This document shows, in pieces, positions 1 through 12,918 of a DNA stretch of 64,000 nt (positions are counted from its first letter, which is position 1; every line of letters begins with the position of its first letter). The stretch is taken from positions 75,392,001 through 75,456,000 of the forward strand of contig NC_043003.1 in assembly GCF_006345805.1 (NCBI RefSeq), given 5' to 3'. The position numbers and the translations under genes were made by a program. Origin of the DNA: Octopus sinensis (lineage: Eukaryota). Below the pieces are notes generated by a model. That model searched no databases. It worked only from the letters and a program-made list of their open reading frames with translations, and had not been told where the DNA came from.

Positions 1-709
1 ACTGAAAATTAAGCCAAAACACGTACTTCGAATGTACATTTTATAATTCGTATTCTGAATTCACATTTAGCCAGATAAGCCCTAGTCTATAAGGAATATA
101 TAAAAAATGACGCATTAATAGCAGAACACGAAGTTCGGTAAAAATGTGTTGTTTCTGCAATCAAAACAATAGTAATTGCCTTAAGAGTAGATGAGCACAT
201 TTTCTAAAGGGAAACGTATACTTGGTTTTGAATATGTTGGCTACCTTTATTTATTCACATATATTTTTTTTGCTATTAAAGAGAAGCTAGACTAGCCTAA
301 ATATTTCTGTGCATCATCCCAAACCATGCTACAGAGATTTTGAAACTTGTACAGAATCTTACAAATTTATTATATCGCGGAATATTCCCTGATCGTATAA
401 TTATGCACAAGAACCCTAAAATCAGTTATTGCTTACGTTCAAAAAATGAATGGTTTGGTGTCAGTATGCAGTGACTTTTCATATGTAGATGGGGTGTTTC
501 CTGTTAGGAAATTTGTTTAGGTTGGACTCAGCGGGTGTAGAGTACAACGTTAGTAATAGGAGAAAGATGTGGATATAGGGCCATGGACAAACGAAAGAAA
601 AAAAAGGAAATGCAAGAATGTGATGGAAACAAGAGTAAAAATTAATAACGAAAAGAAACTGAAACTAAATTTGAAAGAAAATGAAAACTACATCGTGATA
701 TCGTGAAAT

Positions 710-919
710 GTATGTGTGTGTGTGCGTGTGCATGTGTGTGTGAGTGTGCATGTATGTGTGTATGAGTGTGTATATATGCATGTATGTATGTATGCATATA
801 TATATATTTATATACATATGTGTGTCTGTCTGTCTATCTCTACGTGCATGTTATATATACACATACAGAAGCATATAAATACATACATATATACATACAT
901 AAATACATACATACATACA

Positions 920-967
<48 letters not shown>

Positions 968-968
968 A
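710..968. repeat. Compound (TG)n/(TA)n/(CATA)n microsatellite
   Basis: Direct reading; it accounts for the overlapping low-complexity ORFs at 716-1075. Confidence 0.95.
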
Positions 969-1689
969 AGAAAAAGAGACAAAGAAACGATGAGGGACGA
1001 GCGGTACATACAGAGAGATATCTATATATGTATCTTTGTGTGTCTATGTTTCGAAGAATGTGCGTGTTCAAGTGATTGAATGGTTGTTTCTGTCGTTATT
1101 TTTATCAACTTTTCGACCTCTCATTGCAGTTTCGCCTCTGTTGTCTATCTTACCAGTATTTACGATATAGTTTAGAGAAACTTTCAATGGTATTAAAAGA
1201 CATATAACAGTGAAATTAATATAAAATTTGATTGAAGAGAACATAGGGATTACTCGGCTTTATACATCTCATTTAACTCATTTTCCTTTTTATGTTTCTG
1301 CCTTTCTTGCAGCTGCTTACGTTTCATGGTTTTATGAATCCAGTGATTGTTATGTTTGTTTTATTTGCTTTATTTCATTTGATTCGTTTTTACTCATTCA
1401 TTCAATCTTATTCGATGCTATCTATTTTACTTGTTCGTGTCTTTCATTAAGCTACGTCTTTCTTACTGCCTTCCCTCACTTTTGTTATCTAACAACTCTT
1501 TCTCTCTCTCTCTATATTTTTTTTTAAATTTAAATCTCGCATTAACATGAATAATACTTATTTCAAAGCTTTTATGAATACTCACCATTTTTGTTCAATG
1601 TCAAGAAAACAAAGACAGAAACAGCAACACCAGTATGGCATTTTGTATTGAGAATGATTACACACAGAGACGAAAAAGGAAAAAGAAAG

Positions 1690-1742
1690 CAACAACAACA
1701 ACAACAACAACAAAAACAACTAGAACAACAACAACAACAATA

Positions 1743-1787
<45 letters not shown>
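1690..1787. repeat. (CAA)n/(TAA)n microsatellite
   Basis: Direct reading. Confidence 0.95.
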
Positions 1788-2009
1788 TCAATTTGATATT
1801 TTTGATGCATATCCGATGGGTTTTTTTTGTGCATTATATTTTTTTAGTTACTAAATAAAATTATTTTGTATATATATATACTTTTCTTTTCATTCTGCAA
1901 TAAATGAAGAATGAATACATGAATCCATTATCAAAAGGTACCATATTTAAAAACAGGAAATGATTGTAAAATTGTCTATTTGTCAAGAAGCTTTTAAAAG
2001 GAGAAGAAA

Positions 2010-2057
2010 CCACACATACATACATACATACATGCTTGCTTACATACACACAAACCT

Positions 2058-2097
<40 letters not shown>

Positions 2098-2172
2098 TAT
2101 ATATATTATATATATATATGCATATATATATACACACATATACATGCATATTACGTATACATATATATATAA

Positions 2173-2224
<52 letters not shown>

Positions 2225-2560
2225 GTATATATATGTAAATGCGTATATTCATACATATTTATATATTCACATATGTACGTGAGTGTAGAAAATATGTCAT
2301 GGTAGTTATGCATATGAAGATATACCTGCACACATTTCACTGAGCGCACGCGCTTGTATGTAGTATTTCTGTATGAGTTCATGTGACTGTAAGCGGATAT
2401 CTTTAAGTGCGTTTTTGAGTCACGGTCTCTTTCTTTGCGCATACAAGTACATACACATACGCACACACACAGATGCACACAATTATACATATACACACAC
2501 ATACATACATACACATATATACATACATACATACATACCTATATATATATATATATATTA
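2010..2560. repeat. Compound (TA)n/(CA)n/(CATA)n microsatellite region
   Basis: Direct reading. Confidence 0.9.
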
Positions 2561-3330
2561 TGATGTTAGAATAGCAATGCAGTTCTTATTTCTATATCAG
2601 TTCATGTTTCTGTTTCGCACTTTTCTTGTGCAGTTATTTTCTCTTCTTTTTTCTATTTTCAGTTATTTCACTTTGCTTTCGATTGTCACTTTTGTTCCCT
2701 TTCTTTGTTTATTTCTTATACTGCCCTTGAGTAATCCACTATTTGAGCTGTTAAAAGCCGAAAATATAAGAGAATTCTGCTTCAGTAAGAACAAAAATAA
2801 ACATACATAAGAAAATAAATTTAAGATTTCTATGCAACAAAACAGCATTTGTATTTTTAACATTCAAGTTATGTGAGAAAATTGCTTTCAGAAACTATTA
2901 AACGAAAGCTGTAGAAATAATAGAGCCCTTATTATTAGTTCTAACATTATTACTTTCAGTTCAAATCCCGATGGCTGCTGCTATATTTTCCGTCTTCCGG
3001 ATATGATAAAATGAGGAATGGGAACACATTCAGCTTGATCATCACTGTGTCTTTTCACATTACAACCGAATACTAAACTTTCGTTGAATAAGAAATCAAT
3101 ACTATGTTTATTTTTAGTATTGCGTTATGCAAATGCGAGTGAGTGGTAAAGTCATTCACATCTCAACTGTTTGATTTCGTGTTCGAGCGTAATATACGAA
3201 GCGATGACCATTTTGCTTCTTAGATTCATATCCACAAATTGCATTTACATTGGAAATTAGCGATATAAATGTGTGAATAAGAAATACTTGTATGTAACTG
3301 GTGATGTAAGGATTTTTGCCTTTTTTCTTG

Positions 3331-3793
3331 TACTTGTTTCAGTCATTTGACTCCGGCCATGCTGGGGCACAGCCTAGAATTGTTTTAGTCGAATAAATCG
3401 ACCCAAATGGTTATTTTCTTTTCAGCCAAGTACTTATTATATAGGTCTCTTTTACCGAACCGCTAGGTTACGGGGACGTAAACACACCAGCACCGGTGGT
3501 CAAGCATTGATGGGGACAGCAAAGACACACGGACACGAACACACACATACGTACATACACACACACAAGTACACCTACGCACACACACGCACATATACGC
3601 ACATGCAAACACAGACGTACACCAGTATATATATATATTCAGTTTCCGTCTACCAAACCCTCTTATAAGGCTTTAGTCGGCCCATGGCTATAATGGAAGA
3701 CAATTGCCCAAGGTGTTACACAGTGAAGTTGAATCCAGAACCATGTGGTCGGGAAGCAATTTTCTCACTACATAGCGTAGCCACGCCTGCGCC
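3331..3793 (-). mobile_element. tRNA-derived SINE, family A, near full length
   Basis: Minus strand starts GGCGCAGGCGTGGCT with A/B-box-like head, has an internal (TG/TA) tract and ends ...GACTGAAACAAGTA. Homologous copies at 20841, 28339 and 52397. Confidence 0.85.
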
Positions 3794-5210
3794 TATATAT
3801 GTAGTATTTTTGCTGAAAAATTGTCCCAGTTGGATTCCTACTTCACCGGACAAGCGGATTCGTGATGGCAAGGTTTTGATTTGCTTTGTTTTTCCCCGCC
3901 TGTTTTTGAAATCTGAGAAGAGCAGTCGAAATAGAAAAAGAGTGTGAGTTCTTCGTAAAATAAATAGATGTCCCTAAAAACGATATATCAGTATATTTGA
4001 TATATTTCGGGCATGTATTTCTATTTCTTGCTTAATTAATGTGTGGAAAGGGTATTTCTAATGATTGAGATGATATGTATACAAACATTAATGAAAATGT
4101 TGAATAGAACAACAGACGAGAGAAGAGAGAAATTAGAATAATTCTTAAAGGGCTCTCCGTTAATGTTTGTGTAGGCCTCATATAGATGTGCATGGAAACG
4201 TATTTTATAATTCATTGAACTATGTTTTTCGTAAAAGACTTGTATTGATGACGATCAATATCAGTCATATGATTCTAATATTTGCGATATCAGTGCACTT
4301 TATATATACACTTTAGTTGCCGTATATTTTTACAAGTAGAGCGGATGATGTTTTATTAATATCAACAGTGTTAAATAGTAGTCGGGCATCATTAATAACT
4401 GCTTTAAGCAATGGTTTAGTAGCTACCTAACACATTGCCTTGTGAATTACATCGTTGGATATTGGACATTGTGTGTATCATGTGTAAGAATAATCACATA
4501 ATATACGGCTTCTTACCACATTGTCTCTATCTGGGAGTAGAGCACGAACCAGATCCCTGGCGTCGTAACCTCACCTGCTGCGCGTCTTTAAAATCTGACG
4601 CTCAAGCATAATCTTGAGCGTAAACCTCAAGCAATGTAAATGTTATGTTTTTAATACAGCATGGTATAATAATTTGCGGGTGTCATCAATTTCAATTTGT
4701 CAAGTGCTTGTAATCTGTACATTATAGTCAAATGAACGTCAAATAGAATGACTCGTTTTCTGTGGGAAACGGCCCACTGCTACCGGTGTAGCAGAGAGAA
4801 ATACTAGAAGGAAATATATACACTGAGATATGAGAGGACGATTCTAGTGATAGGAACATATAAAAGAGCCAGGCTTATATCATCTGTAGATGATGTTGAT
4901 GCAACCTACAGGATTTTAGACCGGTGTGAGCGAATTTTTCAAGGTACTTCACCCAAATATTTCTGTGTACATTAGGAACACCGATAGTAGACGCTACTCC
5001 TTATCATCAGAATCTGTCTCGCTTCTTGGAAAATATGTAGATTTGCGAGAAACATGTTAGAGAAAGAGATACAGGCGGAGACTTTTGTCTTTTCATCACT
5101 TGTGTGTGTATCCATCTCCCCCACCTCGCCCTCCACGTCCCTCGTCCACTTCCTCGTTCTCCTCCTCTTTCTTCCTTGCTCTCCACGTCTCTCTGCTCCT
5201 CTTGATGTTA

Positions 5211-5820
5211 TTCTTCTTCTTCGGCTGTCCATCGCTGCTCCGATATTGGCTGGTCTTGTTCAATAATCATCTCTGTTAGGCGCGCATGTAGACTACAAGA
5301 CATACACCTGATCTGCAGCAGCGATAACATCTGCTCCAAATGAAGTTTTATGACGTAGCAGAGAACTGACACATCTCATGTATTCTTTCGTATTCTCCCT
5401 GTTGTTTCTCCTCGATGACTAGAATTACAAGCTTCAGTGATCGGCGCTATTTATTACGGCGCAGGCGTCCTCCTTCCATGAGTTAAAGGAGATAACAATT
5501 TTTTTCATAAGTCTCTTCAGCACATCCCTGCATCACAATCTCTGGCCACCACTGCTCCATCTGCCTGGACGCAGATCAGCATTGAAGACTACCTTTGGAA
5601 GTCTTCCGCACTTCCTCCTGCAAACATGTCTTGCTCAGCGCAGGACCTCTACATCAGGAATGCAATGCTGCCATGTGATACGCAAGGAGCGCAGATGACG
5701 AATTTGGGCTTGCATTGAGACCTTGGTATGCCTGCGGTAGCGGGCCGTTCATTCCGCGGCGTAGAGAAGCAAGTGAGCAGTGCGCCACTGTAACTCTTTT
5801 TATTAGTGTTGCTGGTAATG
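5211..5820 (-). mobile_element. RTE-clade LINE 3' remnant
   Basis: Decayed RT C-terminus (RLPKVVFNADL..GGQRL..DVLKRLM) and an RTE-type 3' end GATGGACAGCCGAAGAAGAAGAA. Homologous to 34900-35430. Confidence 0.75.
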
Positions 5821-7199
5821 TCATGGAAGCTTCATAGACGCTTCGTGAGGGAGCCAACAGCTTTTGCAGCAGACTATAATACTTGCATGTACCCTATGAC
5901 GTATCCAAAGGGCAGGTTCATCTGTCAGAACCTTTAATGGTCTAAATTTGACTGCGTCACAAAAGGAAAATTTCGGTTTTTCAATAATATTATGCACTAT
6001 GTTTATTTTCTTTAAAGTAAAAACAATGATTTCTCTGTATAAACTACGTTTGGAATGAACTTTCATTTGTGGCACATTGGAAATAAAATAAAGTCGAGTG
6101 AAGTAAAAGTTTAGTTGCAGACATATTTTGGGGGTTAATTTATCAACAGTAAATTCCATTATCGTGCATTCGAACAAAGAACGGTGAGAAGTACTGTCAT
6201 CATAAACAGAAGGATATGCTGCAGCAACAACATTATAAAGTCACCACTGCTACCCCCTTCTTACTTAAGTCTATAGTTTTCGCCACCATCGCCATTTTTT
6301 CATCATCACACACACTTTTCATCTGCTATTTCATTCACATTTTCTCTGCTTTATTCATATACGAGTGAGTTTATGTATGTATGCGAGTCTTTTAATAAGT
6401 GAGTGTGAATGTTTTCCCCATGAAATTCCCACATGTGGATATCAAGTATAAACGCCATTATTTCATTGACGCTAGTTCGATAAGATGTAATCTTCTATAT
6501 ATCGCTTTGCAGTATTTTATACAATACTTGCTTTATTTTCTTCAAGTTATATTGCACCTATTTTTGTTTAACGTGTTTATCCCTTGCCATTTGCTTATCA
6601 AGAGTGAGAAATGAAAGATGTTAGCGTTCTATTATTTTAAAAGTTCAAAGTACTACGTAGAGCCGCTTTTTTACTCATCGCTTGTTATATTATTTGCACT
6701 ACATAGAGTGATATAGTATCTTATGTGTAAATCAATTCGACAGATTATACATAGTACTAGACATAAATACAACCTTCACATGATATCGTCATGTTCTCAG
6801 GTGTATGACGTATTCTGTTGAAGTGCTGTTATCTTACGTTTTGACCATGCGTCGTATTTACCATATTTATTTCAATGACTAATAATGGATACCATTTTTG
6901 TTTGCACGGTTTTTTGGCCAGGAATTCCAGTTGCTAAAATTACAGAGAAATATCTTTCAGATCACAACCAAATGTCTAAAAATATATACCATTAATGTGT
7001 GCATTTGATTCAATTACTATGGCCCCAAAAATGGAGCTGTATTACTATTGTTGATAAATACGCTTTATCTGGACTGACAAAGCGGAAGGGAAGCAAGGAA
7101 ATATCTCTGTCTTTCTCTCCCTTTCTCTCTCTCTCTATCTGTGTGTATGTCTCTCTCTCTCTATCTCTCTCTCTCTCTCTATCTGTCTCTATATCTTTA

Positions 7200-7890
7200 A
7201 AATAACGCTTGGGAGCTTAAATATACAGTTTACGTTCGGATAAATCTTTTGGGAAAAGCTCTATTTCGGGTTTGAACGTAATGCACAGCATACTGCAGGA
7301 TTCTCCTCTAATGCATCTTTGGATTGGACAATAATTCATGTATGTATTTTGATAACAGAAAACTGGATCGAAACACATGGCTTCTGTACAGAATTGCCCT
7401 AGGAAATGTCATTTTATGATGTTTGATATTGCAGTCATTCTTTGGACACTATGCGCTTTCGAGAACGACCGCCACATAAATCAAAAAAGAGGTAAGACTT
7501 CCTCGAGAGATGCTAGCATTTCTCCTGACACATAGGAGGGCATAGCTATTGACCGTAGCAGGTGGAGGAAGATTATGCAAGAGGGGACGGCGACTTTTGC
7601 GAAATATCGATTTACGCATGAGAAAGTGTGGAGGGATGTCAAGAAGGGCATCGCTGTTGCACTTACAGACGGTAAATGTCTTCCTATGACGATGACATAC
7701 AGTGTCTGTGCAAGACCCAGCCTCAGTAAAGCTGGACTCAAGATTCATCGTCGTAGTCATAAAGTGTGACCGATGATTGACTACCAGGCTGCTGGAAATG
7801 ATGCTACACACCATACTAATCATATCTGTCAGGCATGTGGAAGGGAGTGTGATTCGGCGGGAGAAATTAAACGACATCAATCCCAATTAC
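7200..7890 (+). mobile_element. RTE-clade LINE 3' remnant with C-terminal zinc-finger-like motifs
   Basis: DRSRWRKIMQEGTATF followed by SVCARPSLSKAGLKIHRRSH and CQACGRECDSAGEIKRHQSQLH; contains stops and frameshifts. Confidence 0.65.
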
Positions 7891-8049
7891 ACTACAGCCA
7901 GCTATTACCAGTAAAGGATTTAGCTGAAAATTCTGTACAAAACATTGTAAATCTTTAGGTGGGCTAAAATGTCGCATTCGATCACAGTACCGTTAAAAGC
8001 TAAGCCTCGTGCAATGGCCAAACTCGATAACCAGGGGACAGCCATCATA

Positions 8050-9129
8050 TATGTAAGTACGTATGAATGTATGTATGCATATAACTACATGACAGAAGTC
8101 TGGTAGTTGTAGCTAAAGTTGCCCTTTCTGAGGAAAGTCAACTCAGAAATGGTGCTCCCCAAGGAATTGTTCTGGGGCCGTGACTGCTTATAATAGCACA
8201 TGGTAACTCGGGCAGCTACAGATAATATGAAATCAAGATGATGTCGCATGCTTACACAGTGAAATGAATGCAGTATACAAGTGCGCTGAAGTAAGAAACA
8301 CACAGTTTAATACTGGAACATTTCAAGTAGTGCACAAACAATTCACTGAAGATTAGAAGGCATTGCAAACTCAGATTCACAGGCAGTGAAACTTTCGGGG
8401 ATCAGTATGTGCAATTATGCATTATTTCATATGAACATTGCCAAGATGGCAATAAACTTCAAACATCTGTTAGGGTGGATACTAAGGTCTCTCTAGAGAA
8501 GAAACTAAAAAAACTACATAGAATTTATGGAGGACTTTTATTCTCAGCCACCTGGACTACTGCTCCTAGTTATAGTCACCACATAGTGGCAAACTAGCAG
8601 CGAAGCTTGAGGCAGGCGAACACCACTACCTTTAAAATATCGAAACAGTGCAGCGGGTGGGCTATAGGGTGAGGCTGAAAAAACTGCAACTTTACTCTCT
8701 GGTGCTACGTTGCGACAGATATGTAATAATCTACATATGGAAAACCATAGAAGTGCTAGTATCTAACTTCAGCATTGAGTCCAATACAAAGGCCAAAGCT
8801 GGACGCCATTGCATTGTACCAGAGGTGCCATCCACCTGCTCTGCCAGATAAGATTTAAAATCTGCATAAGGTGGAAGTAGTTGTCTTCCAAAAGGAACTT
8901 CCCATCCTCCTGTCCACAATACCGGATGAACCAACGGCCTGACATAAAGTATAGGCAAGGGACGCGGAATCATACTCCCTTATACACCTTTGGTCAACAA
9001 CAGGGAGAAAGGCAGATACAAGAATGGTGGTATGAAACACCTCAGTCTGAGGAAATCAGCAAAACTACGGTGGTGCTGCAGCATGACCGCAGCCGCATGG
9101 CTGAAATGATTAAAGGAGTAAAAGTGTAA
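8050..9129 (+). mobile_element. Decayed CR1/L2-type LINE, RT to 3' end
   Basis: GAPQGIVLGP (RT motif) near 8150; YRVRLKKLQLYSLVLRCDRYVIIYIWK resembles the CR1/L2 RT C-terminus. Confidence 0.7.
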
Positions 9130-9133
9130 TATG

Positions 9134-9938
9134 CAGGGTGCGATGAGTAAACTATCACCAATTCATATTTTAATCTCGCACGTGCACTTGTTTGATTATT
9201 TTAGTATAGTAGAGTCAGTTTGGTACCGCCTATGAGAAAAACAATACCATGACGCAATTGACTCAGCGAGACATTTGGAAACGACATGCTGTACTGTTTG
9301 ATATTCGCGCCGAAAGCTCCAATGCGAACATTTCAGGGTGCTCGGGTGTGAATCTGAAAACTGTGCAATATGAGGATATATAGTGATGGCGATGATATGC
9401 CTCCATTCATCTTCCCGCACAGCTTCACACTCAATATGAAGGCCTATATCAAGTGCCTGGAGGAGGTGATGCTGCTCTGAGTGAAGAGGGTGGCTGCTGA
9501 AAGTCCCTATGTCTTGCAACAGGACTCTGCACCATACCACACAAGTAGGAGAACCCAGTCATGGCGGTCAGGCAATTTCTGCCATCACATCGCCCCTAAC
9601 ATCCGACCAGATAACTCACCAGGCTGCAACCTCCTTGATTATTAAGTGTAGAGCGAGAGACCAACTAAACACATTGTATCACTAAAGATGAACCGAAAGC
9701 AAGGATTATCGCAGCACTCACCGACTTAAACAACGAGAACATCCAAAAGAGATTCCGAAGTCGTCTGGAGACCGTGGTTGAAGTCAATGGTGATTTTATT
9801 GAATAAATGTACTCTTTAGTATTTCAAAATATTTATATGTATTTTTGGTAACTATACCTGTTAAAATAAGAGGCTAGTTTTATTTTCCTTTTTGCGCAAT
9901 TAAGTTATGACAGTTTACCCGTTTATCCACCGTAACCT
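9134..9938 (+). mobile_element. Internally deleted Tc1/mariner-superfamily (maT/DD37D-like) transposon
   Basis: Remnant YVLQQDSAPYHTSRRTQSW...PNIRPDNSPGCNLLDY; imperfect terminal inverted repeats CAGGGTGCGATGAGTAAACTATC and GACAGTTTA..TCCACCGTAACCT. Confidence 0.75.
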
Positions 9939-9939
9939 A

Positions 9940-9995
9940 CACGCACATACACACACACACACACACACACATACACCCACACACAGACACACACA

Positions 9996-10026
<31 letters not shown>

Positions 10027-10033
10027 CACCACA

Positions 10034-10104
<71 letters not shown>
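9940..10104. repeat. (CA)n(TA)n microsatellite
   Basis: Direct reading. Confidence 0.95.
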
Positions 10105-10107
<3 letters not shown>

Positions 10108-10169
10108 GAGTAAGCTCATAAATGCGAAACAAGGTAGAAAAATGAGTACTCGAATGCCAGAAGTAGAGT

Positions 10170-10328
10170 GATGTACTTTATTAAAAAGCAGTAGGAATAT
10201 TACAAAAAAACTGTTACTCGGAGATTCACGTTCCCTTCCCGTTCGTCTGTCGGTTTTTGATGAACGGGAACGTAAAACACTAAGTAACATTTATTTTATA
10301 CATCTGCTGATTTTGAATAAAATGTATA
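10170..10328. mobile_element. Mini fold-back of two decayed hammerhead-like motifs (Penelope-like pLTR remnant)
   Basis: Inverted arms. Right arm TTGATGA-ACG(GGAA)CGT-AAAA-CACTAAG-TA-ACA; left arm reverse complement CAGACGA-ACG..CGT-GAAT-CTCCGAG-TA-ACAG. Confidence 0.55.
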
Positions 10329-10975
10329 CACACACACACACACATATAAATATATATACATATTATATATATGTACATGTACATATATATATACATATAT
10401 ATATATATTATATATATATATAATATATATATATATATGTATATATATATAATATATATATATAAATATGTATATATGCATACACGCACACATTCATATA
10501 CACATAATATATATATATATGTATGTACTTATATACGTGTATGTGTGCGTGCTTGTATATATGTGCTAGTATATAAGTATATGCAGGCAAATGTGGGTGC
10601 ATATGTGTGTGGGCTGGTCGTTAAACATAGTCACTCTTAATATGTTGGCTTCTCAATGACCAGATCCAGGGATTGGCTTTACGGCCTGAATTAGTACGCA
10701 AATGCATTTTCACATATGCCCGTGTTTACTGAAGTACTGTGAAAGAACTAAGTTAGACGGAAACTCCTTAGAAACACGTCAGATTAATCTCAATTCACTG
10801 GTAAAGGGTCGCCACACACTATTACGATGATTCAGCGTAATAATCGCGCTAAAAAGCACCTGTCAGTAGATGATCTAACAAAATGGGCATTAATTAAATA
10901 AATAGGTAACAGAGTGCATTGAACAGCTGCATAAACAACAAAAAACTGACGATGGTATATATACATACATACATA

Positions 10976-11023
<48 letters not shown>

Positions 11024-11031
11024 TATATATA

Positions 11032-12474
11032 ACATTATATATAAGGGCTTAGTAAAATAAATTTCTTTGCGACATACTGAACTCATTAGAAATAGCAGCT
11101 AAAGAAATTTCTTCAGCTATTTCTAATACTTAAAGAAGATCTCTCTCAGATAGTGTTTGCCTAAACCAACTCACAAAGGTATGGGGGAAAAAACATTTAA
11201 AAATCAAGTGCAAAGGTTATTTGAGAACGTACGTTTCTAGATTAGTCAATTCGACATTTCTTTCGTCAGCTCAGAATTCCTTGAATCGGATTTGGGAACA
11301 CTGAAAGTTGGGAGCATACCCTTTCGGCTTCTTATCACTTCTAGAATTCTGCTCGAACTAAAAGTCCTACCAAATTCGAATATGCAAGCGAAGAATTTCT
11401 GCTCTCCCCTTTCCACCAGCGTGGGTTAAAATTGACAAACACCATGTATTAACGGTGAAAACCGCAGCATTTAACAGAGAGAGATGAATTATAATTTCAA
11501 CAATTGAGGGTAAAATTAATTAATTATTAATCAATTTCACCAAGTATTCAGTATGTAAAGGGACCATTTTAGGCGAATTCAAAATATTACATTATATATA
11601 AGGGCTTAGTAAAATAAATTACTTTGCCACATACTGAACTCATTAGAAATAGCAGCTAAAGAAATGTCTTCAGCTATTTCTAATACTTAAAGAAGATCTC
11701 TCTCAGATAGTGTTTGCCTAAACCAACTCACAAAGGTATGGGGGAAAAACATTAAAAAATCGAGTGCAAAGGTTATTTGATAACGTACGTTTCTAGATTA
11801 GTCAATTCGACATTTCTTTCGTCAGCTCAGAATTCCTTGAATCGGATTTGGGAACACTGAAAGTTGGGAGCATACCCTTTCGGCTTCTTATCACTTCTAG
11901 CATTCTGCTCGAACTAAAAGTGCTACCAAATTCGAATATGCAAGCGAAGAATTTCTGCTCTCCCCTTTCCACCAGCGTGGGTTAAAATTGACAAACACCA
12001 TGTATTAACGGTGAAAACGGTTAATATTCACCATATTCGAATTTGGTAGCACTTTTAGTTCGAGCAGAATTCTAGAAGTGATAAGAAGCCGAAAGGGTAT
12101 GCTCCCAACTTTCAGTGTTCCCAAATCCGATTCAAGGAATTCTGAGCTGACGAAAGAAATGTCGAATTGACTAATCTAGAAACGTACGTTCTCAAATAAC
12201 CTTTGCACTTGATTTTTTAATGTTTTTTCCGCCATACCTTTGTGAGTTGGTTTAGGCAAACACTATCTGAGAGAGATCTTCTTTAAGTATTAGAAATAGC
12301 TGAAGAAATTTCTTTAGCTGCTATTTCTAATGAGTTCAGTATGTGGCAAAGTAATTTATTTTACTAAGCCCTTATATATAATGTAATATTTGAATTCACC
12401 TAAAATGGTCCCTTTACATACTGAATACTTGGTGAAATTGATTAATAATTAATTAATTTTACCCTCAATTGTTG
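11032..12474. mobile_element. Tandem plus inverted triplication of a ~0.45-0.52 kb hammerhead-bearing repeat (Penelope-like pLTR type)
   Basis: 11032-11462 is a direct repeat of ~11589-12018; 12032-12474 is the reverse complement of 11498-11940. Only a handful of differences; flanked by (TA)n on both sides. Confidence 0.9.
12143..12194 (+). ncRNA. Type I hammerhead ribozyme motif (minus-strand copies at 11222-11273 and 11778-11829)
   Basis: TGAG-CTGACGA-A.AGA...TCT.A-GAAA-CGTACG-TT-CTCA: stem I TGAG/CTCA, intact core, palindromic stem III; A.A mismatch at the stem II closing pair. Confidence 0.7.
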
Positions 12475-12501
12475 GTATATATATATATATATATATATAG
12501 T

Positions 12502-12549
<48 letters not shown>

Positions 12550-12757
12550 CACACATATATATATAAGTGCATATGTATATATGTGTGTATATATGCATGG
12601 ATGCATATATGGTACGAGCACGTACGTGTTGCGGCGTGCACAAATGTGTGGCCTTATTTAACGTTTGGAAATGCGAATCAGTGAAGCCTTCTAAGATATT
12701 TTGTGATAAAATATATGATACTCAAAGCAAGAAGCAACCAGTGAGGATGTTTATCAA

Positions 12758-12759
<2 letters not shown>

Positions 12760-12808
<49 letters not shown>

Positions 12809-12861
12809 CATTAGTATTAATAATAATAATGATAATAATTACAATGATAATAATTACAATG

Positions 12862-12900
<39 letters not shown>

Positions 12901-12918
12901 TTAATATTAATAATAATA
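12760..12918. repeat. (TTA)n followed by (TAA)n microsatellite
   Basis: Direct reading; produces the poly-I/poly-N ORFs. Confidence 0.95.

Noticed and set aside
716-2810. Many 60-160 aa ORFs rich in Y/I/C/V/H/T (also at 9.9-10.6, 12.4-13.2, 35.5-35.9, 41.3, 50.5 and 62.0 kb)
   Set aside because: Translations of dinucleotide and trinucleotide microsatellites; no domain content or splice support.
4595-4626. CTG-ACGCTCAAG(CATAAT)CTTGAGCGT-AAAC hairpin resembling a hammerhead stem II
   Set aside because: The 9-bp hairpin is real, but the core is incomplete, GAAA is absent and no stem I or III is found.
7348-7385. TTGATAA..CAG/CTG..GAAAC as a possible U3-A8 hammerhead
   Set aside because: Extra bases between the stem and GAAA, no stem I, and it lies within the RTE remnant.
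11032-12474. Repeat array as CRISPR or satellite
   Set aside because: Units are over 400 bp, only three copies, one inverted, and the context is eukaryotic.
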